A stretch of DNA of 64,000 bases from Candidatus Latescibacterota bacterium (lineage in GTDB: Bacteria > Latescibacterota > UBA2968 > UBA8231), in NCBI GenBank assembly GCA_965261395.1, contig OZ253462.1:4448001-4512000 (forward strand). The letters are read 5' to 3'. The position numbers and the translations under genes were made by a program. Positions 58,071-64,000 of this stretch are shown here, in pieces. The first letter of the stretch is position 1. Every line of letters starts with the position of its first letter. The notes beneath the pieces were generated by a model. That model ran no database searches. It saw nothing but the letters and a program-made list of their open reading frames with translations, and had not been told where the DNA came from.

Positions 58071-59423
58071 ATGAAAGTAGCTAAATTCGGCGGCACGTCC
58101 CTCTCGTCAGCCGAGCAAATAAAAAAAATCTGCGCCATTGTCACTGCCGATCCAGCGCGCCGACTCGTCGTGGTCTCGGCCCCGGGCAAACGCGACCGGA
58201 CGGACACCAAAGTCACCGACCTCCTCATCGAGGTGGTCCGCGCTCAGCTAACCAATCAAGACGGCCATATCGCACTGACGCGCGTCATCGACCGCTATGC
58301 CGCCATCATCGGCGACCTCGGCTTGCCGGACACCGCGCTCGCGCCCATTGTCGCCGACTTTGAGCGGCGGCTAGCCATGAGCACGAGCGACGAAGCGCTC
58401 TATGCGGACGCCATGAAGGCCGGTGGCGAGGACAACTGCGCCCGCCTAGTCGCCGAATACCTACGCCACAGCGGAACCGAGGCCCACTATCTCGACCCAG
58501 GCGAGGGCGGCCTAATTCTCTCGGAAGAGCCGGGCAACGCCCGCGTCTTGCAGGCGTCCTATGGCAAGCTGCGCCAGCTCAAGGACCGCCCGGGCATCAC
58601 CATTTTCCCCGGTTTTTTCGGCTATTCACCCACCGGCCGAGTCGTCACCTTCTCACGCGGTGGCTCGGACATAACCGGCGCGATCCTCGCCGCGGCTGTC
58701 GATGCGACCGTGTACGAAAACTTCACGGACGTGGACTCGGTCTTTGTGGCCAATCCCGCGCTCGTAGCCAACCCGGTCGCCGTCGCCGAGATTACCTACC
58801 GCGAGATGCGCGAGCTGTCCTACGCGGGGTTTTCCGTGTTTCACGACGAGGCCCTAGAACCCGTGTTCCACGCCGGGATTCCGGTCGTCGTCAAAAACAC
58901 CAACAACCCGCAGGCACCCGGCACCCGCATCGTCCCCGAGCGCGCGGTCGGCGACCATCCCGTCGTCGGCATCGCCGCCACCGACGGGTTTTGTAGCGTG
59001 TACATCAGCAAGTACCTGATGAACCGAGAAGTGGGCTTTGGCCGCCGCTTGCTGGCCATTTTTGAGGACGAGAGCATCCCCTTTGAGCACACGCCTTCGG
59101 GCATTGACAATATGTCGGTGATCGTGCGCGAGTCGTATTTCAACCACGCGGCCGAAGAGCGGGTTCTGCGCCGGATTCGCACCGAGCTAGAAGTAGATGA
59201 GCTGTCGGTCGCCCGTGGCCTCGCCTTGGTGATGGTCGTCGGCGAGGGCATGCACCACACCATTGGCCTAGCAGGCCGCGCTTGCCGTGCCTTTGCCCGC
59301 GCCACTGTCAACATAGAGATGATCAATCAGGGGTCGAGCGAGGTCAGCATGATGTTTGGGATCGCGGCTGCGGACATTCCCGCGGCCGTGCGCTCGCTCT
59401 ACGGAGAGTTTTTTGGCGATTGA
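58071..59423 (+). CDS. Aspartate kinase
   Basis: KFGGTSL, VVSAPG, SRGGSDITG, TDVD, YREMRELSY, two ACT domains. Confidence 0.94.
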   Translation: MKVAKFGGTSLSSAEQIKKICAIVTADPARRLVVVSAPGKRDRTDTKVTDLLIEVVRAQLTNQDGHIALTRVIDRYAAIIGDLGLPDTALAPIVADFERRLAMSTSDEALYADAMKAGGEDNCARLVAEYLRHSGTEAHYLDPGEGGLILSEEPGNARVLQASYGKLRQLKDRPGITIFPGFFGYSPTGRVVTFSRGGSDITGAILAAAVDATVYENFTDVDSVFVANPALVANPVAVAEITYREMRELSYAGFSVFHDEALEPVFHAGIPVVVKNTNNPQAPGTRIVPERAVGDHPVVGIAATDGFCSVYISKYLMNREVGFGRRLLAIFEDESIPFEHTPSGIDNMSVIVRESYFNHAAEERVLRRIRTELEVDELSVARGLALVMVVGEGMHHTIGLAGRACRAFARATVNIEMINQGSSEVSMMFGIAAADIPAAVRSLYGEFFGD

Positions 59424-59428
59424 TTGGG

Positions 59429-60259
59429 CTACGCCGCCCAAATCACCAACCGCAACTCGCTATCGTCAATCAGACTGTACTCGGGCAGGCGACCCGAGAG
59501 TTGCTGGCACTCTGCGAGGATAATCGGCACGCCATCGCCGCGTCGGTCCATCAAGTGCGTCCGTCCAAGACCGGCTGGTGCGGGACAACGCGCCAACAGC
59601 GACACGATAAGTTCATTGCGGTTGGATTGCCGCAGATGCAGGCTGTCCGGCGAGAGCGTATTCGCTAGGGCACCGGGGACGTATAACTCAAGGCGATCCC
59701 CGAACATGTGCAGACGCACCCGCGAACCCCCCATCGAATAATCCCGATGCGCCACGGCGTTGACGAGCGCCTCAAACACGGCCCGTTCGCTGAACTGCGG
59801 CCGATCAACCCGGGCCGTTATTTTGGTTGCTCGGATCAGCATGTTCCGCCGCACGAAGTGCAATGCTTCTGCCACCTGCTCGTCGAGCGGCCCTTCAATA
59901 TCGCGGGCGTCGGTCTGATAGTTGACATCCGTCCGCTCCCCTGCATAGCTGACGGCTTGTATGTATGCGTGGGGCATCCATTGTTGCGGCTCCCGCGTAC
60001 ACAGTAGGACGACGACGAGAGTGAGGCGCACGACGTCTTCCTCATCGGCAGCGACGATGCGGAGCTTGTGCAACGTGTCCTCGGTCAGCTCGGCGTCTTC
60101 GCGGAGAAACCGGCGCGTCAGTTCATCGTCGAGGTGCTCTGGCAAGGTGCGGGGAACAACCGATTCGTCGAAGGGGTCGCCGGACGGCAAGACGCGCTTG
60201 AGTTCCAATGTCGGGTCCTCGCCGAGGCGGATGCGACGGGATAGGTCAGCAACAGCCAT
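59429..60259 (-). pseudogene. AlbA_2 plus HATPase_c_4 protein with an in-frame deletion of most of AlbA_2
   Basis: GEDPTLELKR joins directly to PFDESVV; EALVNAVAHRDY, RNELI and RRGDGV retained. Confidence 0.75.
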
Positions 60260-60292
60260 CTGTTTCGTTTTCCTTTTTCAAGGCCCTTACCA

Positions 60293-63019
60293 TCATACCC
60301 GACGGGCCGCCGTTTCTAGACGACGATATTCTGGAGTCCGAACGAGATTGGGCGCGACTTTTCGCACCTGCTCAAGTGCATCTCCCAGATCATGAGGGAT
60401 TACCGCGTTTTCCGCTGTCCCAATCGTCCGATCCAGAAGGCGTAACAGTGATTCGGCTTTAGCTTCGTCGTCAATCATTGACAGTTTTGGCGTTCTGTCG
60501 CTGTCGCCCGCAGACAGATCATAATCGAGTATTGACCAGCACTCAAACGGTAAGAGGAAACGCTCGATGGTGTTCACGGCTTCGGAGAATTCACCACGAG
60601 CGATTGCTGGAAGCCTAGAGAGGCGCTCGCTGACTCCTGGCGACGCTAGCGAGCGCTCCTGAGGCCAGACCTGTTGTAGGAAAGGCTTGGCGGCTGATTG
60701 GAACAGATGCTCCGGTGACAATGGGTCCGACACTTGATCTCTCTGTTTCGAAAGCTCGCTTATGAAGCGAGTTATCGCTCCCGCACATTCTGCACGTACT
60801 TCGTCGTCCAGTAACCGTATCATTTGCTGAATGCGATCTTGTTCGACCGCAGAATCTCGTCCTTCTCGCAGGGCGTGAAGGGACTCGATCACAAGGCTGA
60901 ACGCAAGCGAACGACGGGTCTCCCGATCAAGAAGACGATCCGTGGCTCGCTCCACCATGTCGTTGCCAATGATTCTCAACACTTCCGTAGATCGTCTTTG
61001 TAAACCGATACAACGCCAGAGGGTGAGTGATTCGTCGTCGTTTGCGCGGAGCGGCTCAATAAGATGCTTTTCCGTCCACCTTTGGTCGGCACGCAAAAAA
61101 TATTCCAGCGGCTCGATCATCAGTTGTTTGGCGATCAAGCCTGAATACCCCGAAGCATTGATCACTTCATTTCTCATTCTTCCCAAGTCGCTAGAGCCAT
61201 CAAATGGCTGAGGATTTTTTTCGAGATTAGGACGAGCAGCTAAAAACACGCCAACGAGCTTTCCCACGGAGGTGTTCAGTCCATAGAAATCGAGGGATTG
61301 GTTGGGCTCGGGATCCGCTAAGACATTAAGGTCAGGTTTTTCGTTGGGTGGCTGCATTGTATTCGTCGCCTCGACAGCTAATGGCCAAGCACGGTGCCAG
61401 ATCACCGACCAATCCAGCACGGCGACAACGTATTCTTCCCAACAACTGAGCCAGTGGGAAATACCTCCGATGGCTTCGGATAGAGTCTCGCTGGGCAACT
61501 TTGCAAGGAGGATAAGGATCCGGCCAGTCTCCGCAGACAAATCGCGTACATGGGTTTCTTGACCTTGATTCTCTGAAGGAGAATGCACCAAACCGAAATT
61601 TTCCCAGACCTTCGGAAAATCCGCTCCGCTATCAGAGGTGGCTTCAATATCCTCCAAGATCCGTACGCAGTTATCTTTTTCTTTCATCCAGTCGGATGCT
61701 CTACCTGCTAGGTCATCATCCCACCCACGGCACGGGGCTGAAAGGGCCTGTTCCAGTGCTTTCAACCGATCAATATCTTCAAGGGAATCCAGTGAGCGAT
61801 CAGGATTCGGCGGCATCCCCTGTGACCGCGGGGATCCCAAGAATCCCTTATCGATTCGGTTCATTTCGGCCAACTCAGGAAACCGGCCAATGTTCGATTC
61901 GAGCCAGATTTTGTCGCGTGGCGGAAGCGTAGCCTCGGCGACCTCAATGCGTTTCAGTTCCCGAACAACCCAGTAGAGGCGGTCTTCCTCAATGCGGTCC
62001 GCTTCCGCATTCTCAGGCCACAAATGGCGGGACGGCCCCCTGAGTATTCTTCTGATGATCGCCCTTTGTGTGGCGTCATCTAATTCGGAGAAGCGCCGGG
62101 CACGTAGTTCGGTAATTTCTGGATGGCGATGTACGTCCCAGAAGACCCTATAATTCAAATGAAGGAGAAAATCACCTACCTCGGTAGCGGGCGTAATCCG
62201 AGAATCACGAGACATAGAGGACCAGAGTCGTAAATGGATAGGAGAATCTGTCCGTTTCCAGCGACTGATAAAAGTAAGCGCGGCGGAGTAGTCGATATCG
62301 ACGAGCCGCACAACAACTGCGTGAAGGAGCTTTACCGATGGTGCAATTCCTTGGCTAAACTCATCAGGCTCGTGCATTTCTTCACCGCGTTCAGACTCGG
62401 ATACGTAATAAACGCGATGCAGGAAGGGATATATTCGTCTCCATCCGATGCGTCGTGCAATGTCCAGCCCACGCACAATCACGGCGTCTAGCGCGTTGGC
62501 TAGAGAAATGAGGAATTCCCCCTCAGTTAATTCTTGCAATTCCAAGGAAGCCGGATCGACAACTTTTCCACTTGTCAGCGTAGCCCAAAACAGATCGTGA
62601 AACGTCTTTGGCCGCTTGGGAAATTTGCGAAATTGGTGTTGCCAACTTTCGTAGGCTTTAATCTCTAGCCTCGGTGCAACGAGATCGACGATAGCCGATA
62701 CAAGTGCTCCAGACCGCTCCCCGGAGCGCAGACGATTCTGAACATCATATACGTCCAGCCGTCCGTAAAAATCGGGAATTGGAGTGTCCCAAAATTCTTC
62801 GATCAGACGCCAAGCTGAACGCCAAGGTTCGCGGAGGTTTATTCCCTCCGATGTGTTTAGCAGATCCAGGATCGCCCATCGCTTGACAATATCACCGCGA
62901 CCAAGACCCAATGCCCATTCGATAGTTTCTTTTTCTTCGAGACGACCTTTGAGAAATGCAACCGTGGAACGCATCGTCGCTTGGTCTTTTGCATTCAAAC
63001 CAAGCTGGAGCAGTCTCAT
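60293..63019 (-). CDS. Large (908 aa) Trp/Leu-rich hypothetical protein, SIR2 partner
   Basis: GGGAGG RBS and ATGA overlap with the SIR2 stop; long uninterrupted ORF. Confidence 0.85.
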   Translation of the reverse strand: MRLLQLGLNAKDQATMRSTVAFLKGRLEEKETIEWALGLGRGDIVKRWAILDLLNTSEGINLREPWRSAWRLIEEFWDTPIPDFYGRLDVYDVQNRLRSGERSGALVSAIVDLVAPRLEIKAYESWQHQFRKFPKRPKTFHDLFWATLTSGKVVDPASLELQELTEGEFLISLANALDAVIVRGLDIARRIGWRRIYPFLHRVYYVSESERGEEMHEPDEFSQGIAPSVKLLHAVVVRLVDIDYSAALTFISRWKRTDSPIHLRLWSSMSRDSRITPATEVGDFLLHLNYRVFWDVHRHPEITELRARRFSELDDATQRAIIRRILRGPSRHLWPENAEADRIEEDRLYWVVRELKRIEVAEATLPPRDKIWLESNIGRFPELAEMNRIDKGFLGSPRSQGMPPNPDRSLDSLEDIDRLKALEQALSAPCRGWDDDLAGRASDWMKEKDNCVRILEDIEATSDSGADFPKVWENFGLVHSPSENQGQETHVRDLSAETGRILILLAKLPSETLSEAIGGISHWLSCWEEYVVAVLDWSVIWHRAWPLAVEATNTMQPPNEKPDLNVLADPEPNQSLDFYGLNTSVGKLVGVFLAARPNLEKNPQPFDGSSDLGRMRNEVINASGYSGLIAKQLMIEPLEYFLRADQRWTEKHLIEPLRANDDESLTLWRCIGLQRRSTEVLRIIGNDMVERATDRLLDRETRRSLAFSLVIESLHALREGRDSAVEQDRIQQMIRLLDDEVRAECAGAITRFISELSKQRDQVSDPLSPEHLFQSAAKPFLQQVWPQERSLASPGVSERLSRLPAIARGEFSEAVNTIERFLLPFECWSILDYDLSAGDSDRTPKLSMIDDEAKAESLLRLLDRTIGTAENAVIPHDLGDALEQVRKVAPNLVRTPEYRRLETAARRV

Positions 63020-64000
63020 CGGTGGCCCTCCCGGCTTTCCTCCGACGACACAGCCACGATGGCGTCGAGCCATCCCAAATCCGCTTTGTGCTTGGAAACT
63101 AGCTTAGACAAGCGCTCACGTTCTTTTGTGTCACTTCGGCGGATGAAATGGTCGAATAAATCACGATCTTCATCTCTGGCCTCTGTCCTTTTGCGCTTCA
63201 CAATTTTCTTCAGTTCGCGATCAACGCGGCTTTTATCGCCATTGATCGTAGAGAATTCGGCCCATTTAGCCAGTGTACGCTGAAGCTGGGAGTGGTCGTT
63301 ACCTTGACTCTTATACTGAATCGGCGTGATACCGCGAGCCTTCCAGTCCTCTAATTCTACGGGATTGTCTTCACTCATTCCGACGAATATGAACCGTTTC
63401 TTGAGATCGGAAAAAAGCGACACATCCGCAGCTACAGCATTCAGCAAGTATCTCATCGGAGGATCGTTCGCGCTATAGCCTACGAGGACCAAGTTATACA
63501 AGCGTGCAGCGTCGTAAATCAGATCGGGAACGATCCGCCGGCGTAAATAGAACTCGCCCAAATCTTGATCGGAAATGATCAGATCAGACGTCCTCTTAGG
63601 GTTCCGGTCCAGAGCACCGTGGATGTGCAAGACGCCATTGAATTCTGGATTCGATGGTGGCCTAGGCCTAGGTATGCCTCCAAGTGCGTACGTCTGGACC
63701 GGCGATTTCATTTTTTTTGCGGCGTCTTCAAAGAGGAGATCGAAATTTGTCGTGATGATTGCTACCGCTACATCGCGATCCGCAAGACGCATCAGATTTC
63801 GATGAATTGGAGCCGGTTTCAGTCCAGCGGGACGCAGTATCTTTCCGATCTCCTTCCTGACTGGGCTCCGGGAGTTCTCTCTGCCTTCAAGCCTTCGCTC
63901 AAGCATACCTAGGACGACATCGTACTCGCCTTTTTGGAAACGCTCAACCTCGGCTTTCTGGCTAGCGTTTAATTCTGGAGGATCTTGACCGTTATGTGAA
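63016..64000 (-). CDS. SIR2-family NADase-like protein; 5' end beyond the window
   Basis: IITTNFD, VLHIHG, LVLVGYSANDP; frame open to the window end (SHNGQDPPEL...EYDVVLGM). Confidence 0.9.
   Translation of the reverse strand, partial: SHNGQDPPELNASQKAEVERFQKGEYDVVLGMLERRLEGRENSRSPVRKEIGKILRPAGLKPAPIHRNLMRLADRDVAVAIITTNFDLLFEDAAKKMKSPVQTYALGGIPRPRPPSNPEFNGVLHIHGALDRNPKRTSDLIISDQDLGEFYLRRRIVPDLIYDAARLYNLVLVGYSANDPPMRYLLNAVAADVSLFSDLKKRFIFVGMSEDNPVELEDWKARGITPIQYKSQGNDHSQLQRTLAKWAEFSTINGDKSRVDRELKKIVKRKRTEARDEDRDLFDHFIRRSDTKERERLSKLVSKHKADLGWLDAIVAVSSEESREGHR

Noticed and set aside
1-64000. tRNA, rRNA, riboswitch or CRISPR array
   Set aside because: None recognised by eye; a covariance-model search was not possible

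Overview
GC-rich bacterial chromosome segment. The FlgD/T9SS-like NYPNPFN C-terminal domain, TonB receptors and many sugar-catabolism genes suggest an FCB-superphylum organism such as Latescibacterota (inference only). In order: (1) a metal-homeostasis island at 1-11.4 kb, with a TonB receptor and His-rich lipoprotein preceded by an RGPP-ending leader ORF, czcCBA-like efflux genes, a permease, a broken CDF gene carrying an 86-bp hairpin insertion, and a ZIP transporter; (2) sugar oxidoreductases, an ABC transporter and a fused indolepyruvate oxidoreductase; (3) a surface-glycan operon running into a beta-barrel and a Tat molybdoenzyme; (4) ispG followed by toxin-antitoxin genes and gene remnants; (5) a sugar-acid catabolic operon and yefM-yoeB; (6) a complete porin-pstSCAB-phoU-phoB-phoR operon with 11-bp-period Pho boxes, facing a collapsed TonB locus hit by an IS5-family element; (7) a deleted PHP-ATPase (Ppl-like) gene plus an AlbA_2 gene; (8) glgC, trpBA, an S1 protein, qor and aspartate kinase; (9) a two-gene module of a SIR2 NADase and a 908-aa partner, running off the right end. 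The best candidates for something new are the split SIR2 defence module and the RGPP leader peptide. Many accessory genes are cut by internal deletions. All family assignments come from motif recognition; no database search was run.
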